Origin: Eledone cirrhosa
Taxonomy: Eukaryota
DNA length: 64,000 bases
Direction of reading: 5' to 3'
NCBI GenBank assembly: GCA_964016885.1
Contig: OZ024742.1
Location: forward strand, 298,654,001 to 298,718,000
The position numbers were made by a program, and so were the translations under genes. Under the pieces are notes generated by a model. It saw nothing but the letters and a program-made list of their open reading frames with translations. It ran no database searches and was not told the origin of the DNA. Numbering within the stretch: position 1 is the first letter of the stretch; each line of letters opens with the position of its first letter. Below are positions 17,441 to 29,835 of the stretch, piece after piece.

Positions 17441-18380
17441 TGGCGTGAATGACCGGATAAGCCTTCAGTCAGACCTACTGGCTGTTACCCAATGGGCGGA
17501 AAAGAACATGTTACTGAACGAAGACAAATTCGAACTGATCCACTTTGGAAAAGAGGATGCTCTGAAACTCCCGTACTCCCTTCCCCCCGGTGAAACTGTC
17601 GTGGCATCTAACAACATCAGAGACTTGGGAGTAACCGTGGACAGCAACATAAGCTGGGCCACGCATATAAGCAGCAAAGTTCACATGGCCCGCAGAACGT
17701 GTTCCTGTATCCTCAGAACCTTCCAGTCGAGAGATTCCCACACCATTATCCTTCTCTTCTCCTCTTTTGCCCGACCACACCTTGAATACTGTTGTCCACT
17801 GTGGTCTCCCCACACGAAACAAAGTATCATGTAACTTGAAGCTTCCCAAAGGGCAATCACGAAAAAGATAGATGGCATGTCAGACCATGACTACTGGGGT
17901 CGACTAGAAAAGCTGAAACTTTACTCACTCCAACGTCGCCGTGAGCGTTATATTATCTGCATGATGTGGAAAATGTTTCATCAGCACTGCCCAAATAATG
18001 TTGGCATCACCTTCAAAATACACCCAAGGCTTGGGCCCCGTGTTATCCGTCCCAAACAAAAATCTAAATCGCAACACATAACAACAATACGGCACAATTA
18101 TTTCACCTCAATGGGCCCTGCTCTCTTCAACATCACACCAGGACACGTCAAAACAGAAACTGACCACACAAAATTCAAGAAGTCTTTGGACAAATTACTC
18201 CAAGTAATCCCGGACAAACCACCTACACCCGGATATGTCACCGCAAACATTAATTCTCTTCTCGAATGGGCCATGGTGCCCAAATCCTGAGTTGAAAGAC
18301 TTCGCCAGGTGGTGCTATTAAGTTAGACATGGCCTGGGCCAATACTGGCCAAAACATTTCAAAGTTATTCAAAGTCAAAG

Positions 18381-18386
<6 letters not shown>
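17441..18386 (+). mobile_element. 5'-truncated CR1-group LINE 3' fragment
   Basis: LQSDL..W...[27 protein letters not shown], internal TAA at 17832, YWGRLEKLKLYSLQRRRERY; 3' hairpin and (AAAGT) tail. Confidence 0.9.
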
Positions 18387-18444
<58 letters not shown>

Positions 18445-18502
18445 TCTATTCTAGGGCGGGTAAAATTCCCGAGATCCATGGACGAGTTCTCTCCAGCGGT
18501 CT

Positions 18503-18683
18503 CTATGCAAACACCGAGGGGCTAACACCCTCTGGTGATGTCCGGTCTTCTACTCCAGCAGTCGCAAGCAGTGGGAGGGACAGTCCTGACGATGGCCAGT
18601 TAAGCCTGAAATGCATAGAAGGTTTTCCCCCTTGCTTCTGCTGGACATCACTAGAGGGCGTTAGCCCCCCGGTGTTTGCATAG
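18503..18683 (+). ncRNA. Rod-like hairpin with an apical minimal hammerhead (retrozyme candidate)
   Basis: 41-nt arms 18503-18543 / 18643-18683 (3 differences); inner ccagcag/ctgctgg and gcaag/cttgc; CTGACGA 18586-18592, ggc/gcc stem II, GAAA-tgca-TA 18608-18617. Confidence 0.7.
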
Positions 18684-19444
18684 CTACTGCTTCCTAAAAC
18701 CGTATTTCTTTGGAGATACGAAATATTTATACAAATTGTATCTGTTAGACACGCAGTGACTAACAACAAAATGTTTTAAGTCTGCATGTCTAACAATATA
18801 TGCGTAGCTTGTGAATAAAAGATTCAAGGGGTATCGCTGGCCGTGGCTATTCCTTCCAAACATGTTTTGTAATGTATCGTGTTATTGGCTAATTTCATCG
18901 TCTTATTGGCTAATCAACCAACGAAAGTAATTGTTGCTCAAAAGCGTTTTGGTTGCACGTTTATTTATCGTTTCGCTTTCGAATCTCTCTCCTGTATTTT
19001 GTCGTTTTATCATCAAAATATTTTTCTCGTCATATATGATTTTTAAAATTCATATTAACTATTTTTTTTCAGTTCGTTATAACATGCTTAGAATATTGGT
19101 TGTATCATATTTACTTGTATATATGTCCATATTATTGTTCGTTTTATGTTAGATTATTTTATTATTATTATGTTAGATTATTTTTTTTATTATTATGTTA
19201 GACTATTTGTATGGAATATTTAATTTTTATTAATTCAACTATAACAATTATTATGTAAAATATATTTATTTAATATTGATTGTTTTTTGTAGTTGTTTAT
19301 ATTAAAAGTCTGAAAATATTTTTATACATCTTACAATAATATTTATAAGGTCATTTATAAAACAACAATTATATAATATAATTACATTACAACGATAATT
19401 TATTATTAATATATATCTTGTTTAGCTAGAGTTATTACAAGCGC

Positions 19445-19530
19445 TGCTTGTAATAACTTATTTTATGCTCGTTGCTTGTAATAACTTATTTTATGCTCGT
19501 TGCTTGTAATAACTTATTTTATGCTCGGTG
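19445..19530. repeat. Three tandem ~28-bp units tgcttgtaataacttattttatgctcgt
   Basis: Direct reading. Confidence 0.88.
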
Positions 19531-19930
19531 TGTTTGTAAACAAACATCCCGAATTAAGCCGTACAATGTCTAGCAACCATCGTTGCTCATTTGTTCAACA
19601 CTGACAAAGGAACGCTGGCAACGTATACCTTCCTGCCAGTTGATTGAACGTCTGAAAGTATATACTTTCCTTATGCATAATAACGGCTGAGCAGCCTAAT
19701 TTGCATATCGAATGAGTTAATCGGCCGGGCGCAACGAAAACGATAAACGGAAAAAATGAAACGAAATTTCATTTCTCACTCTTAGTACGGCTGTTACTTA
19801 AATATAAGTATGTATACGTACATACATATATGTATACAGACGTACAGTAGTATGTATATATATATATACATACATACATGCACACATATATATATGTACG
19901 TATTGTTTCTCTGAACTGGTATATATGTAC

Positions 19931-19993
<63 letters not shown>

Positions 19994-20228
19994 CATATAT
20001 ACGGGGTAACAGATTATTGTTGTAGGAAGTCCACTTAGGTGTAGTCCAGTTAGGGTACTCCGAGTAGTGGATGATACCAACGCTTGGCTAAGTTTGACTC
20101 AACAAGGCGTTTCCATAGTAATGCTGCGAGTACGCGGTAATTCCTATGTTGTTAACACTTGGAGTAATGATAAATCAGGAAAGAAGAGTGACACGGTTTG
20201 CTATACAAAAAAGGTTTTTAATCTCATT

Positions 20229-20334
20229 GCTGACAATTGTTTCTCTGAACTGGTAGGTCTAGAGATCGCTACCCGCTTGTTTTCACGTCATTCGATCACC
20301 AATACATAGTTATAACCAATTAATTCATCGGAGC
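20229..20334 (-). ncRNA. Hammerhead motif (CCGAUGA core, long stem II)
   Basis: Minus: gct-CCGATGA-[~80 nt]-GAAA-caattg-TC-agc. Confidence 0.7.
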
Positions 20335-20528
20335 TTGTGAGAATGAAAGTAATATGCAGGCATGGCTACTATATATAGTAGTAATGGCATTCAATTACCT
20401 AGATTGAAGTTGTGATTATTTCAAATAATTTATTGCTAGCATTGTTAGTATTGCTGTTTTTGTTCTGATTGAATGCCATTACTACTATATATAGTAGCCA
20501 TGCCTGTATATTACTTTCATTCTCACAA

Positions 20529-20634
20529 GCTCCGATGAATTGACTGGTTATAACTATGTATTGGTGATCGAATGACGTGAAAACAAGCGGGTAGCGATCC
20601 CTAGACCTACCAGTTCAGAGAAACAATTTTCAGC
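20529..20634 (+). ncRNA. Hammerhead motif (CCGAUGA core, long stem II)
   Basis: gct-CCGATGA-..actggt/accagt..-GAAA-caattt-TC-agc. Confidence 0.65.
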
Positions 20635-20690
20635 AATGAGATTAAAAACCTTTTTTGTATAGCAAACCGTGTCATTCTTCTTTCCTGTTT

Positions 20691-20727
<37 letters not shown>

Positions 20728-20840
20728 TGCAAACAATTGTTCTCGCTATGGTAAACTAACTGTTGTGTAACCACTTCTACCTAACTCGTTCCATGGACTG
20801 AGTACTCTACCACTACGGATATTCCCTTCCAGTGTTCTAC

Positions 20841-20903
<63 letters not shown>

Positions 20904-20970
20904 ATGTATATATAAAATTTAAAGAAAGAAGACTAACATGGTTGGCTGTACAATAAGGGCTTTATTTAAA

Positions 20971-21081
20971 GTACTGACAATTGTTTCGTTGATCAGGTGT
21001 GTCTAGAATTCGCTAAACGCCTGAGGTTGCGTCAATCGATCTCCAATACATTGTTTACCACTTGCCAACACATCAGAGTAC
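20971..21081 (-). ncRNA. Hammerhead motif (CUGAUGU core, long stem II), 3' pLTR
   Basis: Minus: gtact-CTGATGT-gttgg..tcaac-GAAA-caattg-TC-agtac. Confidence 0.7.
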
Positions 21082-21705
21082 ATAGATATGAAAATAATTC
21101 ACTCGAGGCAAGACTTATATAGAGGAGTAGTGTAAAAGAAAACAATAATATCAATAATAGAGCAGCATATAATTAAAACAATAACATCAATAATAACACA
21201 TGTATTGTAGATAGATAGAGAAGTTACAGATGTAAAAAGTGACAAGTAAGATACGAAGAATGGTACATTAACAAATAATAATAATAAGAAGAAGATGAGG
21301 AGATGGAAAAAACAAAGAAATAAAAGAAACCAAATAGTGATATATTGTACTTAGAGTTAGATTTTAGTAGTACTTTAAGAAAGTGTTCTCTGGTTCTAAT
21401 ATGAGAGGCCAGATTTTAGAAGCAGATACATTCGTGTGGGGGGTCCGGTAAAACAAACAGCAATAAAGTAGAGATTAATTGATGTATACCATTTATAGAT
21501 TGACAGGTCATTTGATAAACGTTCGTTGTAGATGTTGGTTGCTCTATCGTAATGAGGTTGGTGGAGAGATGGTGGAATAAGTGTACAGAGATTTATGGTC
21601 CTGTGATCGGTTGGCAGTATGATAGCTAATAGCGGTGTGAAAGTATGTATTCTATATGTTAAAGTCTAGATGGTTCAGTACTAATTTTTGGATTGCTGGT
21701 TCTAA

Positions 21706-23727
21706 TCATGGTGGTTTGAAGTTTGTAAATCTAGTAGCTATTTTATGCTTACAAAAAATGGATCTTTCTATTTTGCTGTTAAGCAGCATCTTATCGTACC
21801 TTATAATATGTAGCAGTTCTAAATTACAGAGCCTGCAGTGGGACATGCCGTTGCTGTAGGCTTTTGCTGCCGATCATTTTGACCGGCAAATCTTGTATTC
21901 TAGGTTTTTGTCCTTAAGTTGGCAGATTTTATTGGCGAGCGTTGTAGAATTCTCCAGTGCACGGTTTTTCATGGAGTGTCTGTGGACGTACCACCTTTGT
22001 TTAAATTTCCCAGCTGTGGAACATATGTAGTGCCAAGTAGAGTTGCCTGAATACACAGTACACAGGTATTCTATGCTCGAATCCAGGCATCTATTCCGTA
22101 GTGGGCACTTATCTGATAGGTGGCAATTACAGTTTGAGGTTTTATTTTGTGCATGTTCTTCATTGCGATTTTGTAAGTTGTAGTGAGTGGGTTGTGATTT
22201 AGGCCTATTAATGTTTTGTTGTGATGTGTCCCGATGTGTTTGTGGTTGTGATGTTGTTCTGTGTTTGTGTTTTCTATTTGGCGCTACGGTTTGCGTTGGT
22301 AGGATAGATTCCTTAGAGATGTTTTTGTGGTTGATCTTACGTATGTGCGATTCTAAGTTGGCTGCTGAAGAGTATGAACATTTTATAGTTTTTCTATCGA
22401 AGATTTTATGGTATCTGTGTAGTGTCGGGAAGTGTTTATCTATTAGTTTAAAGAATGCAGAAGGTAGTTTAGTTTTAATAGAGGAGTTGAAAATCGGATT
22501 GAACCATAGGTACTTTCTCTCTCTAGTTCTTTTATAGTTTTTGGGGTTCCTATTATTAGTGTTCGGTTCGGTTATTTTTGGTGTTCGTTGTCTAATCCTA
22601 CGCTTAGTCCTGTGCTTGTAATTTCTGTATGAGCTAGTACTGTTGGTGTCATTAGGTTTGTTGTTGTTGACATTATCTAGTGTGTATTGCAGCTTCTCCT
22701 TAATCCAGCTTTATGTAAAGCTAAGTTATAATAGTTGTGTGCTATATAAATTCCCACCACGTCTGTTATTTGCGCTGAGTCTTTAGATCCCATTGTGATA
22801 TCGAAGCTATTCTGTCTGTCATTTTGCTCCCAGTAATTATTTTCGAATTTAATGATAGTCCTTCTAGGAGCTAGTATCTATTTAATTTCGTCTGAGGTAA
22901 GGTCCGAATTGTTCTGGGCAAAGGTTAGCGCTTTAGTCAGGGTGACTGGGGAAATGGATGAGTAGTAGTCATTTATGTCGAATTGTATGAAGTTGTATGT
23001 TTCTCTATTGCTTATTTTGCTGAACCAGTCTATTGCTTCGTTAGTGTTTCCCCATAGCTTAATTATAAGTTTGTCCTTAATTTGTGCGAATACTCTATCT
23101 AATTCTGCCGATATCCAACTGGATGGGCATATTAATCTAATTGTGGGGTTTGTTTCAAAATTATTTTTGTGATCCTTAAGGTTGAATGTGGGATTACAAG
23201 GGGTTAGAGGCTCGGTTCTATCGGATATTTTCAGTTTTTTTTACTATGCTTAGTCCTTCCCTATTAATGCTAGTGAGTGCAGATTCAGTTGTTTTTTATT
23301 TTGTATTTTTTGTGCAATTCTCGGCGTTTAAAATTATTGTATGTGTTGAGGCTCATGGTGTATACGTTTGATGTTTTGTCTGCTTTTACTATAATACCGT
23401 TCGTGTTGCGTAGTTTATTTTAGTAGTGCATTGATGTCGTTTTGCAATTTGCTGTGATGTGTCCGTTTTTTTAATTTAGTTCCATTCATCATGTTCATAA
23501 GGTCAAGCTCGAAGGCATCGAGCTGGGGGTTATTTGGTGGGTTTTTACAGGATTTGAATCCGTATTTTCCTTAGTAAATTCTTCCGTGTTATTAGCGAGT
23601 CATTTGTCGTAATGGTATGCCTTCTATCGGATTCGACGGATGAAATCATTGGTACGTTGTATCATGCCGAATGTGTAGTCCTTCCTAGTAGGTATAGGTA
23701 TGTTCTTCAGTGACATGCCTTTTCCAT
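21706..23727 (-). pseudogene. PLE RT-GIY-YIG pseudogene with stops, frameshifts and an internal RT deletion
   Basis: Minus-strand translation: MSLKNIPIP..FIRRIR*KAYHY, KADKT, FDITMGSKDSAQITDVVG, WFNPIFN, CNCHLSDKCPLRNRC, FKQRWYVH, CRLC, CKH..FKPP*. Confidence 0.88.
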
Positions 23728-23995
23728 GTTAGTGTCGTGCGTTAAGGTTGTTGCTCAACCTAGTGGGAGCTGTGTATATGGGATAACAAGTTATCGTTAT
23801 AGGTAATACAGTTAAAGGTTGGGAGTACTCTGCGTCGTGGATAGTTTTAACGTACGGCTTTGTTTGACTCAACAAGATGTTTCCATAGTTATGCAGCGAG
23901 TTCGCGGTAATTTCTATGCAGGTTATGCTTGGAGTAATAAAATTTAAAGAAAGAAGAGTAACATGGTTGGCTGTACAATAAGGGCTTTATTTAAA

Positions 23996-24106
23996 GTACT
24001 GACAATTGTTTCGTTGATCAGGTGAGTCTAGAGTTCGCTAATCGCTTGAGGTTGCGTCACTCGATCACCAATACATTATTTAACTCTGGTCAACACATCA
24101 GAGTAC
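23996..24106 (-). ncRNA. Hammerhead motif (CUGAUGU core, long stem II), 5' pLTR
   Basis: Minus: gtact-CTGATGT-gttgaccag..ctgatcaac-GAAA-caattg-TC-agtac. Confidence 0.72.
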
Positions 24107-24140
24107 GTAGATATGAAAATTATTCACTCGAGGCAAGACT

Positions 24141-24530
24141 GGGGAGATCAGGCGGCTGTTTGAAGAACTGGATATTGAGACAAAGCCCTTCACCAGAGAG
24201 GAGTTTCAGAGAGCCAAGAAGAAGATCAAGGAAGGCAAGGCTCGTGGAGAAGATGGAGTGGCATCAGAGGTCATGAGGAGGTGTGATTTTGATGATATCA
24301 TCCTGGAGTTCTGTAACCAGGCACTGGAGAAAGGAGTTGCCCCGAATCAGTGGAGGATCAGTAACATCGTCCCAGTGCCAAAGAAGGGAGATCTCTCTAA
24401 CACCAACAACTATAGGGGGGTCTCACTGACGTCACTCGTGGAAAAGACCCTCAACAGTATGATTCTTAACAGGATCCAGCCCGAGATGGAGAAGAAGCTC
24501 AGGGACAACCAGAATGGCTTCAGAGTTGGA
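24141..24530 (+). mobile_element. RTE/RTE-X-type LINE RT fragment
   Basis: KARGEDGVASEV..W..SNIVPVPKKGDLSNTNNYRGVSLTS..K..ILNRI..LRDNQNGFR. Confidence 0.85.
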
Positions 24531-25125
24531 ATAATAATATTATTAATCTTTCTAGGATTGCATGGAGGCGTTTTGAGAAGGATGGGAAAGTGCGTTAGAA
24601 TCGAGGATTAATTCGCAGGGGAAAGTTTGTAGTTTGTAGTTTGCATTTGAAATAATTTTTTGCGACCCTGTTCTGTTTCTTTTTTGTTGTTGTTATTCTT
24701 ATATGAGCCCTGCGATTTGCAATTCAACTTTCAGTGCGTCTCTCTCGCTTTCTGCAGGAGTGATGCTTTCTCTTGTCTATTCTCTCCACTGCGTCCACAA
24801 TGCGGCATCTACCCGAGGTACGCTGGTTGGAAACCCAGAACGGATAGATGATGGGACCTGACAGTATTTCATCTACATATACTTATACATGCATACACAA
24901 GACACTACCAAGCGAAATACACAGAATGCACAACACGGTAAGATTTTTTTAATTGCTAAATAAAGGAAATGTTCAAAGGTATTAAGTGAAAGAGACTATG
25001 GGGAGAGATCACATAGCGACAGTAAGAGAACGTATGTGTCACGAAACATCAGAACAGCAGAGGAAAAGTTGAAATGGAGAAAAAGGGGGAGATGTAAAAG
25101 AGAATTAGGTAACAATAGAGCAAAA

Positions 25126-25226
<101 letters not shown>

Positions 25227-26607
25227 TAACATCCTAATGAAACTAATAAAAGGAGTAAGGGAAGCGTATAGACCTTTTAATTTATGCAAGTAATAGTCTG
25301 ATACGTAATTTACGGAATAGGGACGAGTGAAGAATGAACGAGAGCCAAGTCTCATGGCAATGGTATCGAGAAAGGATTCGTGCTTAATCACTGACACTAA
25401 AATAGATATATATTCGGCAGCTAATTTATTGCCTATTACTTCCATTACAAATAGAATTCTTCGTAAATGTCTATCAATGAACCCTTTTGATAATATGCAA
25501 CTATAGTGATGTCGTTTCCCCCTGATAATAATCACTGCTAACTCACAATGCGTCTTAATCACGTTATTGTTGATTACATCTTGATAGGCGAAATATGTTA
25601 TTAATATGTAACAGGAGTGTGTCCTTCATCGGTTTCGACGATGACTGAGTGATCCTGTCGTTCAATCAACTGAAAGTCAGAATCGCAATGTAACGTATAA
25701 GTAGTTAAATATTGCACAGACACGTGTACTCTGAAGGTAATAATCCTCAGGCGAAATCAACGTGGCAATATAAGACAGATTTGAATGTTTGAAATACTGC
25801 TACAATCCATGTGATAGTCTTCCTAACATATTCCATTTACCAAATTTCTCTCACAAGGCTAGGCTCGATTTGATGCTATGCAAATGACTCTTGTCCAAGA
25901 TATCACGCAGGGATCGACGCCATAATTGTGATTGCGAAGCGAACTTTCTTAACTACCCAACAATCCCAGTTTCGACTATATGCAACTTATTAATTAACCG
26001 AAAGATCTTTCGAACTCCTGCAGTCACATATTTTATTGCTTTTAGCTATGTATAATAAAGAATATTTCATATCTCATCACTTGTTTAAATTTATGGTATC
26101 CTCATATAAGACATGCTGAGTAATATGATAATAAATATTAAGTATAAACGTACTTTAAAATTTGAGATATGATTTTGAGATCATATCTAGGGCAGTAAGA
26201 GTAAGTAATATATATGAACAGAATATGATATTTTCAAATATTCCATGTATTTTAAGTATGACTAAATCTGATGGAATTTTACAATACATCTATGAATTAA
26301 CAATTAGAAAATGCTCCCCCATTGAATATGTATCACATGTGGAAGGAGAATAATGATATTAAATTTAGTAGAATTGTTACAGGAGTGATGGTTAATTTTG
26401 ACTGAAGCGTGGCTGAGTAGATAAGTGGTTCATTTCACAATCAAGAGGTTTCAAGTTCAACCCTGCTTCCTTGACTATATTTCATAGCCTATTGAAAGTG
26501 GAAAGGTAGTGTCTTCTACTATAGCTCCAGGTTGACTAAGAGTTTGTGAGTTACAGTTGGTAGCGGGAAAAAAACTGTGTGGGCTCGCCATATATATATA
26601 CAGGATA

Positions 26608-26705
26608 CAGGCTGCCCCCCGCAATGTATACACACTTTGACTACCTGCACAGGCATATTCATTACAATGCTGTTGAAGTATGTATACATATTTTGGGGCA
26701 CCCTA
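26608..26705. mobile_element. Small Tc1/mariner-like MITE
   Basis: TA-flanked imperfect TIRs (caggctgcccc..atgtatac / gtatacat..ggggcaccct); related copy at 52083. Confidence 0.6.
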
Positions 26706-26719
26706 TATATATACACCCC

Positions 26720-26785
<66 letters not shown>

Positions 26786-27139
26786 CTTTGTGTCTGTGTT
26801 TATCTTCCGTAACTAATAGAGATCAATCAAATACGTATTGGGGGTCATCATGATAGACAAAACTTCATGACGTTGGTGCGCCACCATGACAACAGTCTTA
26901 TGTCTGAAACCAAAAAAAGAATAAAATAGTCAAAGAGTCAAATAATCAGTAAGATTAACGTCAATATATCAAAATTCCTTCGCTATCTGTCACAAGTTTT
27001 CCCGATTTTTTAGTGTTTTAACCATCGACAATTCGTAATTACCTGTCTAATATTAGTGATATTTGTGCTGTGTTTAACTGTGTTGTTTCAGGTTGAAGTA
27101 AGACACATGATACTACTACTACTACTACTAATCATTATA

Positions 27140-27597
27140 ATGGTTTCTTATATAGGCACAAGGCCTGCAATTTTGGAGGAGGGGAAAGTCGATTAAATCG
27201 ACCCCAGTTCGTGACTGGTACTTTATTTTATCGACCCCGTAAGGATGAAAGGCAAAGTTAATCTCAGCGGGATTTGAACTCAGATCATAAAGGGCCGTAA
27301 CTATGCTGCAAAGCATGGCGTCCGACCCTCTACCGATACTGCCAATGCACCGCCCTAACCCTCCTAATAATAATGGTTCCTTATATAGGCACAAGGCCAG
27401 CAATTATTTTTTTTGTGGGGGGGAAAGTCGATTAAATCGACTCCAGTACGTTACTGGTACTTTATTTCATCGACCCCGTAAGGATGAAAGGCAAAGTAAA
27501 CCTTGGCGTGATTTGAACTCAGACCATAAAGGGGCGTAACTCTATGCTGCAAAGCATGGTGTCCGACCCTCTACCGATACTGCCATTCCAGCGCCCT
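27140..27597 (-). mobile_element. Two tandem tRNA-derived SINEs
   Basis: Minus: A-box TGGCAGTATCGG, B-box GAGTTCAAATC, core gcctttcatccttacggggtcgat, tail ggccttgtgcc; copies ~27140-27355 and ~27372-27597. Confidence 0.85.
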
Positions 27598-28069
27598 TTA
27601 TTGCCAATTCAATAATAATAAACTATTCTATCGTTTAATCAAAATACTCAAAATTTCAAAATTAATATCTGCAATAACAAATATACACTATTTACATCTT
27701 TTGTATTTAGCATTCCATCTAAAATGGCCTTGTGCGTATTTAAAAGAAATCAATATTCCAGTTTAACTAGGACATATCAATGGGGCTCTGAGATTACTTT
27801 TACAATTACAATTCCACGAATGACTTAGCAGTAGTGTTGGATCTCCATCGAATATGACAATGTGTGTTCCATTTGATTGATCAATGGAACAGCCTATTCA
27901 CTATATTAACGTTGTTCAGCCTTTCACATACATGCACTCTATACACAACTCTCGGGGAGATTCAAGAACACAAAGTACCGCTGGGAATCGAACTCACAAC
28001 CATATGTTTGCGAGACGAATATGCGACTAAACAGTATGATTGCATGTAGCTATTTTCTCGGGAAATAAT

Positions 28070-28285
28070 GATTTCTGATTTAGGCACAAGGCCAGGGAAA
28101 TTGAGGGGAGGGAAATGTCGATTAAATCGACTCCAGTGCATTACTGGAGCTTTATTTTATCGACTCCGTAAGGATGACAGGCAAAGCTAACCTTGGCGGG
28201 ATTTGAAATCAGAACATAACGGGACGTAAGTATGCTGCAAAGCATGGTCTTCGACGCTCTACCGATTCTGCCAATCCACCACCCT
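28070..28285 (-). mobile_element. tRNA-derived SINE with target-site duplication
   Basis: Same family; flanked by ttttctYgggaaataatgatttct on both sides. Confidence 0.85.
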
Positions 28286-29036
28286 TTTCTTGGGAAATAA
28301 TGATTTCTTTTATTGGCCACAAGGGCCGTATTCTCTCGGGGAATAATTAAAGATATTACTTGAACCTCCCTGTGTTATCCTGAAAAAAAAAAATCATCAG
28401 CACTGAAAGCAAATACATCCTTGGTTCCTAAACCCCTGCTGTAGTTGTAGGGATGCCATCGCTCTATATGGCGTGTTTGGAGCTTTTGAACCTCGTGCAG
28501 TTCATCCCTCTCCAAGTATAAAAATGAAGAAGGATTTATTGTGGAAAGAGAGAAGAAAAGGGGTGGGGGAGAAAATCGATTGAGTACTGGAATGATATAG
28601 AATCGTTCTCATCAGAAACTGTTTGAAACTCGTACGATGAACCGTACCTATAATTCAAATGGCCAGCCTTGTCATACAATGTGTTGCGATGAATCAAAAA
28701 GAAAAAAAAAACGTTAAAGGTACACGGTTATCCTCCGCTAGTTGCATGTTAGTTTCATGAGCAAGCTGTTATGTTGACCTAACAATTGTAACATTCATCG
28801 TCAAAAACGACGGAGGTCTATCTCATTCTATAATCTCAACAATAATAATAAAGTTAACACGCATTTAAATAATTTCAACTTAATCTTTACACAGATACTC
28901 TTTCATTCATGTACCTCAACCATTTAGTTACCATATTTCTAACAGAAAACACTGCCTGTGATGTTGAAATAATTTTGAAGATATTAAATTTGGAAGTATT
29001 TTGTAATGTATATTTCTCATTATTAAGTTGGTTTTT

Positions 29037-29445
29037 AGGGTAGTGGATAGGCAGAATTGGTAGAGCATCGGACAATATGCATTGCGGCATAGTTACGTTT
29101 TTTTACGCTCTGAGTTTAAATCCTGCTGAGGTTAGCTTTGCCTTTCATCCTTACGGGGTTGATAAAATAAAGTATCACTAATGTACTGGGTCGATTTAAT
29201 CGACTTTCCCCTCCCCTCAAAATTGTTGGCTTTGTGCCTACATCAGAAATCATTATTAAGTTGGCAGTATCGGTAGAGGGTCGGACGCCATGCTTTGACG
29301 CATAGAGTTACGGCCCTTGCCATTCTTCAGTTCAAATACCGCCGAGGTTAACTTTGCCTTTCATCCTTACGGGGTCGATAAAATAAAGCACAAGTAATAC
29401 ACTGGGTAATTGCTGGCCTTGTGTCAAAAGTAGAAATAATTATTA
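29037..29445 (+). mobile_element. Two tandem SINEs
   Basis: Same family; attattaagttgg recurs before, between and after the copies. Confidence 0.82.
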
Positions 29446-29654
29446 AGTTGGTATTTAGAATATAAATTAAACAAAGATTTTTACATAAAATTACCTATGA
29501 CGGCATATTTATATTTAAATATGAACAATTTAAAACATCGTAGAATAATGAGGAGTTTCAGACGAGTTGGCTGAACCCTCTTGATACCAAAACGCATGAA
29601 GCCACGCTTAGTACTACGATACAAAATTGTTTGCTTTAAAATGCTTTTGTGGAT

Positions 29655-29835
29655 TGGCAGTATCGGTAGAGGGTCGGACGCCATGCTTTGACGCAAAGAG
29701 TTACGTCCCTTTACGATCTGAGTTCAAATCCCGCCGAGGTTAACTTTGCCTTTCATCCTTACGGGGTCGATAAAATAAAGTACCAGTAATGTACTGGGTA
29801 ATTGCTGGCCTTGTGCCAAAAGTAGAAACAATTAT
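29655..29835 (+). mobile_element. tRNA-derived SINE
   Basis: A-box, B-box GAGTTCAAATCC, same core. Confidence 0.85.

Larger units (their letters stand above)
20001..20695. mobile_element. ORF-less PLE pLTR foldback (arms 20169-20395 / 20468-20695) with adjoining 5' UTR
   Basis: ~227-bp inverted repeat; 20050-20340 is similar to the 5' UTR/pLTR of the PLE at 23820-24110. Confidence 0.85.
20914..24140 (-). mobile_element. Decayed Naiad-type PLE with direct pLTRs (20914-21116 and 23938-24140)
   Basis: ~200-bp direct repeats carrying HHR motifs; degenerate RT-GIY-YIG coding sequence between them. Confidence 0.9.
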
